Below are positions 42,961 through 55,247 of a DNA stretch of 64,000 nt, piece by piece. The stretch's first letter is position 1. Each line of letters opens with the position of its first letter. The position numbers and the translations under genes were made by a program. Origin of the DNA: Podarcis vaucheri (Eukaryota); assembly GCA_965113315.1 (NCBI GenBank), contig OZ220364.1; one strand, written 5' to 3'. The notes under the pieces are model-generated. The model did no database searches. It was not told the origin of the DNA and saw only the letters and a list, made by a program, of their open reading frames with translations.

Positions 42961-43377
42961 TACCTTTAAATACAATTAGGACTTAAGATCTTAATTTCTA
43001 TTTCTATGAAATTATTAAAGGGTGGATCACACATCTCATACTTTTGAGAACCAATGATTGAAATCAAGATAAAAATCTGGCCTAACATTATAACTGTTGC
43101 CTTTTTCTGCCACCACTTCAAAAAGAAGCAACAGCAAGTCTAAGTTGTTTGACAGAAGTTACCCAGAAATATATTTTTCCTTTCCTGTAAATCTTGACAC
43201 ATCCAGACACATTATACAGTAAGGGTTGATAACTCTCTACCTCAGAAGATTTGACCAACTCATGAAATACTTTACCACTGCTTCTAAGATCCTTTTTCCA
43301 GTTAAATACTGGCGAACAGTTGAAATTCACAGTTACAGTATTTTCCTACCTTGTCCACACCTTTGTAACCTAATGTA

Positions 43378-43624
43378 CCATATTTTTCGCTCTATAAGAC
43401 GCACCAGACCATAAGATGCACCTAGTTTTTGGAGGAGGAAAACAAGAAAAAAATATTCTGAATCTCAGAAGCCAGAACAACAAGAGGGATTGCTGCACAG
43501 CGAAATCAGCGATCCCTCTTGCTGGGATAGCTGCGCAGCCTGCATTCGCTCCATAAGACACACACACATTTCCGCTTACTGTTTAGGAGGGGGAAAGTGA
43601 GTCTTATAGAGCAAAAAAATACGG
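43378..43624. mobile_element. Tc1/pogo MITE (CCGTATTTTT-type TIR)
   Basis: TA-CCATATTTTTCGCTCTATAAGAC...GTCTTATAGAGCAAAAAAATACGG-TA. Confidence 0.8.
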
Positions 43625-45718
43625 TAATTTACCGGTAGGAAACAACTTTTCTTTTCACAGGTGCTACTGTCACTACCACTGTTTCATAAAACTGAGGCAG
43701 ATTAGTAGTTAAACATTTGAAGCTTTCATTTACCAAATATTTTAGAAGCAGCAAGATCAACTCTGGAGGAAGCTTAAAGTGGTATAGGACAAAAGTTGAC
43801 AAGAATTCTACAATGGAAATTTGTTCACCCCAAGTTGAACCATCACAAGCTATTTTACCTCCTTGGAATCTTCCAGTCTTGAAGCAATCACCTTCCATTA
43901 TATAAGCTACAAGCACCAGTGAATTGCAGGAGATACTCTTCAGCCTAGTGTCACTGTGCCAAGATACCATCCAGAAAAAAGTAATGCATATCAAGTGCGT
44001 TAATGCTTTAGCCAACATCCATAAATATAGAAATGCATTTATGTTAATGATACCATTGCTGCAGAAATCATATATGAATCAAAGATCAGTTGTTTGTTTA
44101 CTGAGCTTTCATCCTTACATGACCTTGGTATAATGTGCATTTCATCAACTTTCAGGAAAAATTGAAATAAATGATATGTAAAACAACAACTCCTGCCTAA
44201 GGAAACAAGTATTCCTTTATCTGCATTTTCATGTAAATATTAAATCTGGAAAGTCAGGCCAAGCCAACTGATTAGCAAGCAGTTAGTTCTCAGAACTTAA
44301 ACATTATTGAAAGCACACACATTTGTAGTATGCAGACAATCTAAACTCACCAGGCACCATGCTGTATGTATTTCTGATATTCGTGTCCTGAACTCTTTTA
44401 GACTCGTGACATTCTGGAGAAGACAGAACAAAGAAACCCTTTCCATCCCCACTTTAATTGTATTTATTTAAGAAATATAAAGGGAGAAGACAATGTTATA
44501 TGACAAAGTTGGTAGAGATGTGAAGGCCCCTCCAAAAAAGTCCAATCCCCCACTTTTCCCCATTTTTTTCACATTTCTAGCTACTTCATTGTTTTAAAAA
44601 GGCAATTCTAGAGCTTTTCTAATTCCAGTGCCTTTTAAGAAAATAAAATTAAAACGCAAACTTTCTGAAACAAGAACTACTCAGTATTCCATGCTGAATT
44701 ATGTGATGTGTATGTGACATGCTCCCTTTACTTATATGAGCTGCCTTGAGCTCTGTGATGGAGGAATAGCAGAATATAAACTAACTTGGTAAAAATGTGT
44801 TAGCATAAAAGCTTGCAGATGGATAAGGTTTCAGAAACCTTGAATGAGGAAGCAAGTGAAAGAACACAGGCATGGCTTCAGTAGATACAGGAAGTTTTGA
44901 ACATCTGTATCGTCTACACCAGGTGTGGGAAACCTCTGGCCCTGCAGATACTGATGAAATTTCCATCATCCCCAAGCAACACAGCCAATGGTTTGGGATG
45001 AAGCAAGTTGTAGTCAAGCAACATCTGCAGGACCGCAGTGTTTCAGAATAATGTAACTTCCAGACCTATCTGGAGATTGTGGGGGGCTGAACCTGCAACC
45101 TCTTGTTTATATGCACCCACCCACTACAGTTGTACTAGTGCTATTATTCAAGTAAGCAGCAAGATTCTCAGTTCCATCTGGGCAAATCTTTTGCCCACCC
45201 TACTGATCAAGACATGTTTGTGACATTAGGCACATGCTAGAATAAAAGTTGATTAGTGCATTTCCATAGTAATGGTAGCATATTGTGCTTTACATTTACA
45301 AATGCTCCAGCCAAGGGTCCGAAAGCCTAGAAGAGCCCTAAGAAAATGCATAGGAACAAAAGGTGGTCTTATCCACAAAAACCTAGGTTTTCAAGTACTA
45401 CAAAACTCTCTCTGGGATGCTAAAGGAATAGTTCACATGACAGACCCACAGGAATTGAAAGCCAGGAAAGGGCCCACGGTAGATTCCTCCACTCATCTCT
45501 TTATCATTAGTAATGATAAATAGGGCAAATAATCCCCCAGTCACTGGTTGCAGGGAAACAGCAGTGTTAAAAGGTATCTATCGGGTTTTAAGGAAAACGA
45601 AATCCGGAGACCGATAATCATACAGCTGAAATCAGCTGAATAGGGAAAGTTACTCAGCTTGTGTATGGGGTGGGGGAAGAGAGAGAGAGAGAATCACTCA
45701 AGTAAGCCTAACTGTCCT

Positions 45719-45949
45719 GTCAGAATAAAAAAATTCCTTCCAGTAGCACCTTAAAGACCAACTAAGTTAGTTCTTGGTATGAGCTTTTGTGTGCATGCAC
45801 ACTTCTTCAGATACTTCTTCGTGTGTATCTGAAGAAGTGTGCATGCACACGAAAGCTCATACCAAGAACTAACTTAGTTGGTCTTTAAGGTGCTACTGGA
45901 AGGAATTTTTTTATTTTGACTATGGCAGACCAACACGGCTACCTATCTG
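45719..45949 (+). mobile_element. Penelope-like element terminal fragment (inverted pLTR pair)
   Basis: ~96-bp inverted arms 45719-45814 / 45825-45920, short unique tail, 16-bp direct repeat TAACTGTCCTGTCAGA (45709-45724, 45950-45965); contains hammerhead motif. Confidence 0.8.
45825..45862 (+). ncRNA. Minimal type I hammerhead ribozyme (Penelope-type)
   Basis: GTAT-CTGAAGA-A-GTGTG/CATG/CACAC-GAA-AGCT-C^ATAC: intact core, stem I GTAT/ATAC, palindromic AGCT in place of stem III. Confidence 0.75.
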
Positions 45950-46267
45950 TAACTGTCCTGTCAGAGGTATTGTACAAGGCTACACTCAACGGTCCACTGT
46001 AATGGACAGCACGAAGCGCTTTTAGGTACAGTATTTGTAAATATTGCAGGCTCCTAGACAAGGCCAGCACACCGAAAAGGCCCCGCCTTGCTCCGCCTCG
46101 CCTCCATTTATTCTAGCCTTCTGGCCAAGGGTGGAGATGAGCATCCTTGGTCGCACGAAACTGGCGCGCGAATGGCTAGGTGAAAAGGAGGAGGAGAAGA
46201 AGCAACGGCGGCGGCCGAAGGGGTTTGGGAAGAGTGAGGAAAATTGGCCACAGCCGTGGCAGCTCAC

Positions 46268-46356
46268 CCCGCCTCCCCAGGGTCTCTGCAGCACTAGGGC
46301 CCGCCGGCCTCATCCTGGAACTTCGCCTGCGACTGCTGCTGCACCCGAGTCGGCGC
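46268..46356 (-). other. QRICH1: QRICH1 candidate 89-nt 5'-UTR cassette exon with upstream ATG at 46313
   Basis: acceptor cttctccttcaaag|, donor GGG|gtgagc. Confidence 0.6.
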
Positions 46357-46909
46357 CTTTGAAGGAGAAGCGGCGCGAGCGCGCCCGCAGCAGCAAACCC
46401 AAGGCGCGCGCCCGGCCCCACAGGGCCCTGGTGGTGGACTTCCCAGCGCGCGAAACGCCGGGAACGCGCGCGCCTACTGCCGCCTCTGGAACCGGGGAGG
46501 GGGAGCTGGTGAAGGGAAGAGTCGGGAGCGCAAGGCGGGGCCGCGGGCACCGTGGAACGAACGACGCAAGGCCTCGAAGTCTGCGCGCCGCGGCCCGATC
46601 CCGCCCTACGAGTCTCCAATTCCAACACGCACGCAAAGAGGTCCTCTCTCTTTGCCCCCCCACCGCCCCCCCACCGCGGAACGCGCGCGCACGCGCTCCC
46701 CAGCGCCACACACACAACAGCCGGGCTCGCGGGAGCGCGCTTAGGCCCCGCTACCCCTCCCCCCCGCCGCCGCTATTCTTTTTCTTCTCCTCCTCCTCCA
46801 CCCCGCCCGGTCTGAGGCAGCTCCTCTTCTTCTTCACCAGCCCCCGCCCCCACTCCAGCCCTCCCGTCCGCCGCTCGGCTGTCAACGTCCCCGCCCAGCG
46901 CCGCCTCAC

Positions 46910-46995
46910 CCCGGCCCCTCTGCCGCCTCGCGCCGTCGCCACCTCAGGCCCCGCGTCTTTTTTCCCCTCACAGGTCCCTGGGCGCCATCTTACAT
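46910..46995 (-). other. QRICH1: QRICH1 non-coding exon 1 (5' end approximate), containing uORF MAPRDL* (46988-46968)
   Basis: YY1-type AAGATGGCG near the 5' end, CCAAT at 47010-47014, donor GG|GTGAGG at 46909. Confidence 0.75.
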
Positions 46996-47180
46996 TCAAC
47001 CCGCCGCAACCAATCGGCGCCCGGGCTCGAGCTCGCGACAGCTCCGCCTCCAAGCCGCGCGAGAGCTGCGCGCCGAGTAGACGCCCCTCGCCTTAAAGCG
47101 GACGACGGAGGGGACGGGAGGGGTAGGAGGCGGGGGAGGGACCAGAAAGGGGGAATGAGGGATGAGGGTGCCAGGGGCGC

Positions 47181-47483
47181 CAGTTCCGGATTTAAGCATA
47201 AGATAAACAAGCTATAGCTTAGGGCCCCACTCTCTTGGAGGCCCCCCCAAAATATACTACTTCTTAATTGTATTCCACTATTAATATACTTCTTCATTGT
47301 ATTTCAGTTCAACAGTTACTTTGATAAAATACATATTTTGTTATGTGCAAATGGCTTTAGATACCTATTAGGTCCATAAATTACCATATAGCATATATTC
47401 AACACTAAAAACAGTGGCAATTTGTTGTTGACAAAGGACAGCTGGACATATAAAGGGCCCCATTACCATCAGTAGCTTAGGGC
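47181..47483 (+). mobile_element. Same hAT-like MITE family just upstream of the QRICH1 promoter (right end lost)
   Basis: shared AAACAAGCTATAG(C/T)TTAGGGCCCC and TTTGTTGTTGACAAAGGACAGCTGGACATATAAAGGGCCC. Confidence 0.75.
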
Positions 47484-50400
47484 TGAGGGGCAGGTTGCCC
47501 GGCTCACCCGCTCTTGCCCATCTCTAATTCAAGGCCCCACTCCAATCCTACAGCTCTCCCCCCCCCCAACCTGGGACCCTCCAGAGGTTGTTAGATGCCA
47601 GTTCCCATCAGCTGCAGCCAGCAGGGCTAGTGGTTAGGGATAGGTCTTGCAGTCCAGCATCATTTGGGGAGCCAGAGGTTCCCCTTCCCTGGCATACTGC
47701 GCCCCCTCCCCCCAAAAGGTTAAATTCTGTTTCACCCCTACATAGGGCATCCCTTTCTGCTCCTTTGTGCCGGCTCAGAAAAGCTTGCGGCACCAAGGAA
47801 TTTAAGGACAACCCCCCCGGGGTTAATCTGGACACTTACTCCTAGGGCAGATGTGGCTGGGTCAACCTCCCAACAGCCAGACATATGGCTAATAGTCGCA
47901 GATTAATGGGAGTTGGTATCCCACAACGAATGAGGAATCATGCACAACCTTACAGATTAATAAGATTTTTCTCTAGTAGATATTCTAGCAAGAATAAGCA
48001 GTCCCTTCTACAACTGTATAAGCCATTACAGAACTATGAAATCACCTTTTTTGTTAGACAGCACTACCCCCGCACACCCCTCCGTTGTAACCTGACATAT
48101 TTCCGCAGTATATTTTTGTAAGCAGGCCATAGTTTCCAGTGCAAGTCCCTTGCTTCTGGGCAAGCCTGACAGAGTCTAGGAAGCTGTGAAAGTATTACAG
48201 GAATCATTCCTAAAAGAAAGAAACACTACCTAGGCCAGGAAGAGTAGTTTCATAAAATATACAATGTTTTTATTCGAGAAGAAAGGAGCGAACAAACCTT
48301 GTGGGAAATTCCCAATCTCAATTAATCGCTCATCTTTATGTTTTGTATTATAAAATAACCTTATATAAAAGACCTAGATTTCCTTAACATGCTGGTTCGG
48401 AAAAAATCCCAAACTGTCGCACACTGTTTTCATGAGTAGCAGGCAATATGCACATTGAAATTTGAAATGCCGTTCTGCAGAGCAGATTGGTATTCTTTTT
48501 CAGTTGAAATGAACTCTAGTTTGGAGTGAAGGAAAAGCCAAGCAACTATAGGCCTCTGCAGCTTAGGTAAAATGCTGTAATATCTAATCAGCAGCTTGCA
48601 TAGAGCTGCACCCATTTTGAAACTTTATAGCTATTGGTAAAGGCTTGTGGCAGCAATGAAAAGATTTTTTTTTACCCACAGTTCAGTTCAAAGAGGGAAA
48701 ATCCTGCTATCACAAATTTAAAGCTTCATAGCCACAGTTTGAAAACTCACAGTTTGAATCTACAGAAACATGCCTTTAAGGAAGAAAAAATCCCTAATTT
48801 TCAGCTAATACAAAGTAATAGATAAATCTTAGAAGAGTTCTCATGATGGAGCAGCTGAAGAGCTCTCTAGGGCACGATTCAGTAGAAGAGCTTTCAGAAT
48901 GGCACAAATCTTTTACAGCTATTGAGAGATCAGATCATATAATAAAGGAGGTTAACACCTGCTCTGTGCAGCAGTACTGAACAAAGGAAACACTTTTGCA
49001 GACACAGAGTCTGTTCCAGGAATAAAGAATTCAGAGAATGATCAACACAGTGTTCCGCATCTCCCCAGCAAGTCCACAGTTATGAAACATGGTGCTGCAT
49101 CTCAAGCAATCCTCACCATCCAAAACCTTTCCCTAGGCTTCAGCAAAGTTTTTCTTAAGAAATTCAGAGAAATAGCCCCAGCTTGGTTCACACAGAACTC
49201 CGCCCTTCCCCATGCATGTTAGCAATAGAAATAGTTTACAAGGAATCTTAATAGCAGTAATGCAGCTTGCTCATTTGAGATTTATGCAAATATGTGACAT
49301 TCAGATGCAAAAACAAAATTTGTATGAAATAATGTAAAATCTGCTCCGAATTCTCATTGAATTCAGTGGGACAGGTAAGTGGATACAGGACTGCAACATT
49401 AATTTGATTTCCATTTGTTCCCAATAGCCTTATTCAAGTGAAAAGGGATTCAGCAGTGGGGAGACCGACAAGCTAATAAATAAGAATTGATCTCCAACAA
49501 AATCCCACAGCACAAAACGGAAATTAGAAAGCACATTCTTTTATGACAAGCACATTTCCTCTCCTTTCTTGCAGAGTAGTTCCCCTAGAAAACAAAGGTA
49601 ACTAACCTAGCAATATATCTCTGATGGGCTAATTGACTGTTTAAGCAGTTCCTGCTGTTAAATTATGCTGCTCTTTGCTGCCAGTGGCTACTAAAACTGT
49701 CTCTATTATCTGAAATGACAACAGAAGCAGCTGTGGGCTCAGTAGACCAATCTGAGTCCACCTGAACTTGAAGCCAGTTCAACCAAAGGCTGAATATTTT
49801 AGTTTCACTGATACTATGCAGAAACATCACACCAGTTATGGCTGGAGAGAGGACAGTCAATCACATGAAATCAACCATTCTCTCCCAAACCTACAGTAAA
49901 GCTATTCTCTCTTGAAGAGTATCATATTATTGACAAACCAAACCTAGCCAGCTCACATGCCACACAGAGACCAGTACAGAAAAATTAATAAACATGTCCA
50001 AGTTTGGTTTTTTGCTTAAAATGGGAAATGATTTAGCATCTGGATGAAATAACTCTACACCGCTTGGCTGGCACTATTAACTACTTCTTTCCAGCTTGCT
50101 GCAGCAGAGCATTCAAGGCATCTAAACCATATTTGTGGTACTAGTTGGTACTTTTAAAAAAAATTACATGAAGGTTAGCTTCCTCCCCTTTGTCACAGGC
50201 GGCATACACACCATACATCTGAAGCACATAGTGTCCCCCAGTGAATGCTGGGAAGTGTAGTTTACCCCTCATGAAGGTACAATGCTCAGCACTCTTATAA
50301 AAACTACCACTCCCAGGATCCTTTGGGGGAGTTGATGTGCTTTAAATGTAAGGTATGTGCATGGTTTGCTAGAAAAGTATCAAATATACGTTCTCTCCAG

Positions 50401-50629
50401 TATGGAGGAAAACCTGTATGGTGGTCTGGTCCATGTCTGGGGACATATTTCTACTACTACTGGCATTATATCACTCCGTTTCTCCTCTCTTCTACAATGG
50501 GAATAGCCATGGCTACCTCATAGGATTGTTGTGAGATCACATTAAGTGTGTGCAGCTGGGTACTGCTGCTGCAAGGCTGAAAACAAGAAACCAGCTCCCT
50601 AAAATACAAGCTTGCAATAGCCCATTATG

Positions 50630-51810
50630 TGGGTCAGAGGTGGCTCTGGTGCAAGTTCAGCTTTCCTGCGGAGCTCAGAGAGGCTTTTGCCATCCTAACC
50701 CACCACGCTACGTTGGCCCCGGTGTCTGTCGCGTGGGCCCGGGGGGACGATTGCCGCGAGGCTTCCGGCAGGTGCTTCGCCCAGGAGGGAGAGGGCCCGG
50801 CCTGCCTCCATCTCTTACGGCCCGCACCCCAGAGACCAGGCCGGGCTGTGCCAAGCCTGCAAAGGAAAAGCACAGGCTGCTTTAATATCCCCATGTGCTT
50901 GCTGACAACCTCCCACTCCACAGCACCAACAACCGGCCCTTAAGGTGGCACGGGCCAGCAGCAGCAGCAGCAGGTGACACAACTTCGGCTGCCATCACTC
51001 CAGCAGAGCGAGACGCCGCCGCTGCTCGGCTTCCTCCGGCCAAGCTTCCCCTGGCGCGCGGGTTTTGCATTTCGTACTCTCTCTATTTATTCTTTTGCAG
51101 CAGCGACATTGCTCAGCCAGCACCCGTCGCGCGTGGGTTGCTTGGGGGGGGGGCGCGCACAGAGCGACCCGCGCGGCTTTCCGAGCCAACCCTCCTCCAG
51201 CCCACCTTAACAAGGGCCTAGGCTTGCTAACTTTGCAAGCTAGACCTCGGTGTTTGTACACACTGCAGAAAATGTGCAGGACTTTAAAGGTGCAGCGACC
51301 CTCCCGCATCCAGCCTTTCTTTCTGGGAGGAGAGGAGGCGGCGGCGGGCGAGTCACCCGTGCAAGAGGGAGCGAGCGATGGCCCGGGATCAGGCCTCTCC
51401 GATCGGGGCCAAAGGTGAACCGAGGGAGGGAGGGAGAGAAGGATCCCTAGCCTCGTGCGCAGCGGCGGCTCTTACGCGCGCGGACCCCGCGATGGCGCAG
51501 CCGGTGTCGTGTGCTTTGCTCAAGCGGGCAAGGCGAGGGCGGAGAGCCGGGAAGCAGTCCGCATTTCCCAGAAGCAAGCGCCGCAATGGGTACTGCGAGC
51601 TGGACAGGCCTTGACAGTGGAGGGCGGGCTTGCTTCGGGGCTTGGCGAGGAGGAGAGGGAGAAACCCGAAAGGGCACCGCGCGGCTGGGCGGTTGCAAAT
51701 CAAGCGCTTGAAAGGGTTGCCTTTTGCAGAGCCGGACAGGCGCGGAAGGAGCGTTCCTGCCTTTGTCATTGATAAAGGGCTTGCGGGGGAAAGGGGGGGG
51801 GCGGCCCTGA
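50630..51810. promoter_or_regulatory. Orphan CpG island between the QRICH1 promoter and the QARS1 3' end
   Basis: CpG-rich 1.2 kb with no recognisable protein or repeat. Confidence 0.65.
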
Positions 51811-51814
51811 CGGG

Positions 51815-52250
51815 ATACCAGGAATTGCTGGCATCCGTTGATCTAAAGAGACAATGGCGTGCACCTCCAGGGCTGAAGCCAAAACGCTACGTTAGCAGCA
51901 CCAAAGTGACCTCTGCAGGGTGCAAGTCTGGGTGGGCAGTGTGTATGGCGGTCCTGGGCTGCCCAGGCGACAAGACTCGCCGATGCGGTCCAAAGGAAAG
52001 CAGAACAATGCACCAGCTTGGCTGCAGGAATTGCAACCCGCTTAGCGATTTGTGTAGGGTTTATTCCATAGGGTCCGTCCCCCCAAATGTACGGCAAGGC
52101 AGAAGTTTAGGATCAGAGTCTGCCTTCTTCCCAGGTTGACTGGCCCCATCTGCCCCTCACTTCCCACCTGGTTGAGCCAGCAAAGCTGTCTGCTGGTTGT
52201 GTCACATGCTGACAGTTTTTAGGAGCCACAGGTGAGAGCTGAGTGCATTT
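51815..52250 (-). mobile_element. Probable RTE-clade-derived squamate repeat
   Basis: recalled similarity to a lizard interspersed repeat (GTTAGCAGCACCAAAGTGACCTC...GGAGCCACAGGTGAGAGCTGAGTGCA); not verified. Confidence 0.45.
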
Positions 52251-53224
52251 CCTCCCCCCTGCCCCCCAAGATTGCTTCTGCTATCCCCCCCCCAATACTC
52301 TAGGTCGTTGAAATTTCTGTTCAGCTGCTCACTGCTATGGTTTACTTTTGTTGCCATCGGTCGTAAATTCCAGTAACTGGCAAATCAAGTCTACCTCCCA
52401 GCAAAGTTGGTATTCTGCCATCTTCCTTCTCGTCTATCAGTTAATTTATCCATTTCTGCCCATTCTGTATATTTTAATAGCTGCTCTCAGTCCGTGGGGA
52501 TTTGTTGACATTTCCGTTTTCGAGCCCACATAATTTTTACGAAGAATTTCGGGTATCTAGATCTAAATCATGGAGGACAAGGCTGTACCTCCACAATTGG
52601 GGTCAGTATGCCCCTGAATGCCAGATGCTGTGAATCATAAGTGGGTCGAATTCTGTTGCGTTCAGGTCCTGCTTTCAAGCTGCTCAAAGGCCTCTGGTTG
52701 GCCACTGAGAACAGGATGGTGACGAGGTGGGACCCTGGATGGATGGAGCAGGCTTGTCTTACGTCCTCAGTGTTGATTTTGTTTAATTTAACAAAATCAA
52801 CACTGGGCCAAAACTCAAGGTTCTAAAGATAAAATGGGGAGTTGCAAGGGGAACCATTTGTGCCACCTGGCACTCCTTATAGGGCTGCCATATTTTGAAG
52901 AGCAAAAAAGAGGACACGTTTGCCGACTTCTGCTTTTAATTATGGATTGCTGCGACACAACTCTCATTTTACGTATCCATGAAAAAAGAGGATGTGTCCT
53001 GGAAAAGGACGACATATGGCCAACAAATGTCCTCCCTTGTAAAAGTAGAGCTACAAGGTCAGACCTTGGCTGCCTTCTTTTACAAATACTATTGAAAACA
53101 ACACTGGTTGAAAGAGTGGTCTGATTTAAAATACCGATGAGAAAGGCTCTCTTCCCCATTGCCCATTTCTGATCCATTGTTATTGAAGTGCAAGGCAACT
53201 CTCAGATGGAGATGAAATGCGGAA

Positions 53225-53503
53225 ATAATAATAATAATTTATTACTTATACCCCGCCCATCTGGCTGGGCTTCCCCAGCCACTCTGGGCGGCTTCCAACA
53301 AAATATTAAAATACAGTAATGCATGAAACATTAAAAGCTTCCCTAAACAGGGCTGCCTTCAGAGGTCTTCTAAAAGTCTGGTAGTTGTTGCTCTCTTTGA
53401 CATCTGGTGGGAGGGCGTTCCACAGGGCGGGCGCCACTACCAAGGCGGCCCTCTGCCTGGTTCCCTGTAACTTGGCTTCTCGCAGTGAGGGAACCGCCAG
53501 AAG
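53225..53503 (-). mobile_element. L2-clade LINE 3' end with (TAT)n tail
   Basis: RAALVVAPALWNALP...LKAALF remnant; relatives at 13530-13700 (+) and 59820-60550 (-). Confidence 0.8.
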
Positions 53504-53938
53504 GAAAGACTGCAAGGAGGAATGGGAGCTGGAAATACTCTCTGAAGGAGATGAGGACAACTCTTAAAAAATCATTCATACCTTTAGCCCCATCTAAGTG
53601 CAGGTGGTAGCCTCATCCTTAGTCCTAGACATACAACCCACCTAGAATCTTACTTCTGTGGGAAACTGTGGCTTGAGGAGGTGTGGAGAGGCTCAGAATC
53701 GGATGCGGCTTATCTGCCCATCGGGACTCTCTCCACGACATGCCTTCCTCTCCAAACACACCCGTCAAGTGCGGGGCGAGCACCAAGAAATTGAAGGGGA
53801 GGAATCATAATTCTAGTTTGCAGCCCCACTTCAGAAAGGCAATAAATATTATTTGAACCTGCAGATTCAAATCAGTGTGCACACACACACCCTTGCATGC
53901 AATAGCCAGTAACACAGGAAAACATAAAGAGGCTCCCT

Positions 53939-53944
53939 TTTATT
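53939..53944 (-). terminator. QARS1: QARS1 polyadenylation signal AATAAA
   Basis: tttatt on + strand, ~140 nt past the stop, followed by GT/T-rich sequence on the minus strand. Confidence 0.7.
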
Positions 53945-54086
53945 GATGTGATGGATCTGAAACCAGGATGCATGTTAAGGCAACTGTGCTGGTGCTGCAT
54001 GCGAGCATCACCCCCTGCCATGCAGGGGAAGAACGTGACTCCTGAGCAACTTGGGGCAAGGTGAGAAACCGCCTGCAGAAGCATCA

Positions 54087-54137
54087 TCACACTTTCCCAG
54101 GATCCTCCTTCAGAGTCACCGTCCGGTTGAACACAAG
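54087..54137 (-). CDS. QARS1: QARS1 last exon (LVFNRTVTLKEDPGKV*)
   Basis: 51 nt; VFNRTV motif; TGA at 54089-54087. Confidence 0.96.
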   Translation of the reverse strand, partial: LVFNRTVTLKEDPGKV

Positions 54138-54224
54138 CTGCAGGGGGAAAGCAAGCGACATTAGCAAGAGTCCTTTGCCAGCCAAGTTCTTCCTCCCCAT
54201 CACCTCCCATTTTAGAGAGCGGCT

Positions 54225-54695
54225 TTTCTCTCTAGGACCCTCGTACCTACGGGACCACCTCTCCTGGTATGTCCCCACAGAGGAACTTACGGTCTTCAAA
54301 CAAAAACATCTTGAAGGTCCTAGGCCACAGAGAGGTTAGGCTGGCTTCAACCAGAGCCAGGGCTTTTTCGGCTGTGGCTCCGATCTGGTGGAACGCTCTG
54401 TCACAAGAGACCAGGGCCCTGCGGGACTTGACATCTTTCCGCAGGGCCTGCAAGACAGAGCTGTTCCACCAGGCCTTTGGCCAGGGCACAGCCTGACTCC
54501 CTTCTTTGGCAATCCTCACAGAACTCTAGCCCAGTTGGTTGGCATTAATCTGATTTGAATTAATTTTATAATGAAATGATTTTAGAATGTGTATCATTTT
54601 ATTGTTTTTAGCCGCTCTGAGCCCGGCTTCGGCTGGGGAGGGCGGGATATACCGTAAATAAAATTTTATTATTATAATTATTATTATTATTATTA
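54225..54695 (+). mobile_element. L2-clade LINE 3' fragment (second family) in the last QARS1 intron
   Basis: RAFSAVAPIWWNAL...FRRACKTELF remnant, (ATT)n tail. Confidence 0.8.
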
Positions 54696-55121
54696 ATCTG
54701 ACCTTGAGGCCTTTACAGGAACCGTTAAAAGATAGAAGGAAGCTCAAAGGCAGGTTCCGGGGAACATTTGGCCCTCCGGACATTGCTGAACGACTCCCAT
54801 CAGCTGCAGCAAGAGTGGCCACACAGCCGTCAGCAATGGGAGTTGTAGTTCAGCAACACCTGGAAAGTCAAAGGTTCCCTGTCAACACAGGGTCTCTACT
54901 GGTATATCATCCCTGGCAGGAGACCCCATCCGGCCTCTGGCTGAAAACCTCTATCAAAGGAGAGAGTCTGACACCTTCCAAAGCAGTCTGTTTGTTTCAC
55001 CGTCCAACCGCTCGTCCTGTCAAGAAGTTATCCCTCATGTGCAAGTGAATTTTCCTTTCCTTGCCATTTGAACGGGGGGGGGGGGGACCCTTCCAGGTTT
55101 TTGCCCCTTTTGGGAACTGAC

Positions 55122-55247
55122 CTTTGCACCCGTGCTGTCAGGATCGACTGAGAAATAGCCAAGCCGTTCAAACTGGAATTTGGTAAAAGGCTTGGCCCCA
55201 CACACAGACCTGTCCACCAGAGCCTCCTCAATCACAGAGAGTGAGTT
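55122..55247 (-). CDS. QARS1: QARS1 exon ([42 protein letters not shown])
   Basis: 126 nt; FQFERLGYF motif. Confidence 0.96.

Larger units (their letters stand above)
46040..47160 (-). promoter_or_regulatory. QRICH1: QRICH1 CpG-island promoter
   Basis: very CpG-rich 1.1 kb with GC boxes, CCAAT and YY1 motifs; ~7.2-8.3 kb upstream of the first coding exon. Confidence 0.85.

Noticed and set aside
43629-44018. 129-aa minus ORF in QRICH1 intron 1 ending near a donor-like site
   Set aside because: No recognisable homology or clear acceptor; length is within chance range
46044-47096. 350-aa + strand ORF and overlapping ORFs
   Set aside because: Low-complexity Arg/Pro/Ala frames typical of stop-poor CpG islands; no recognisable protein
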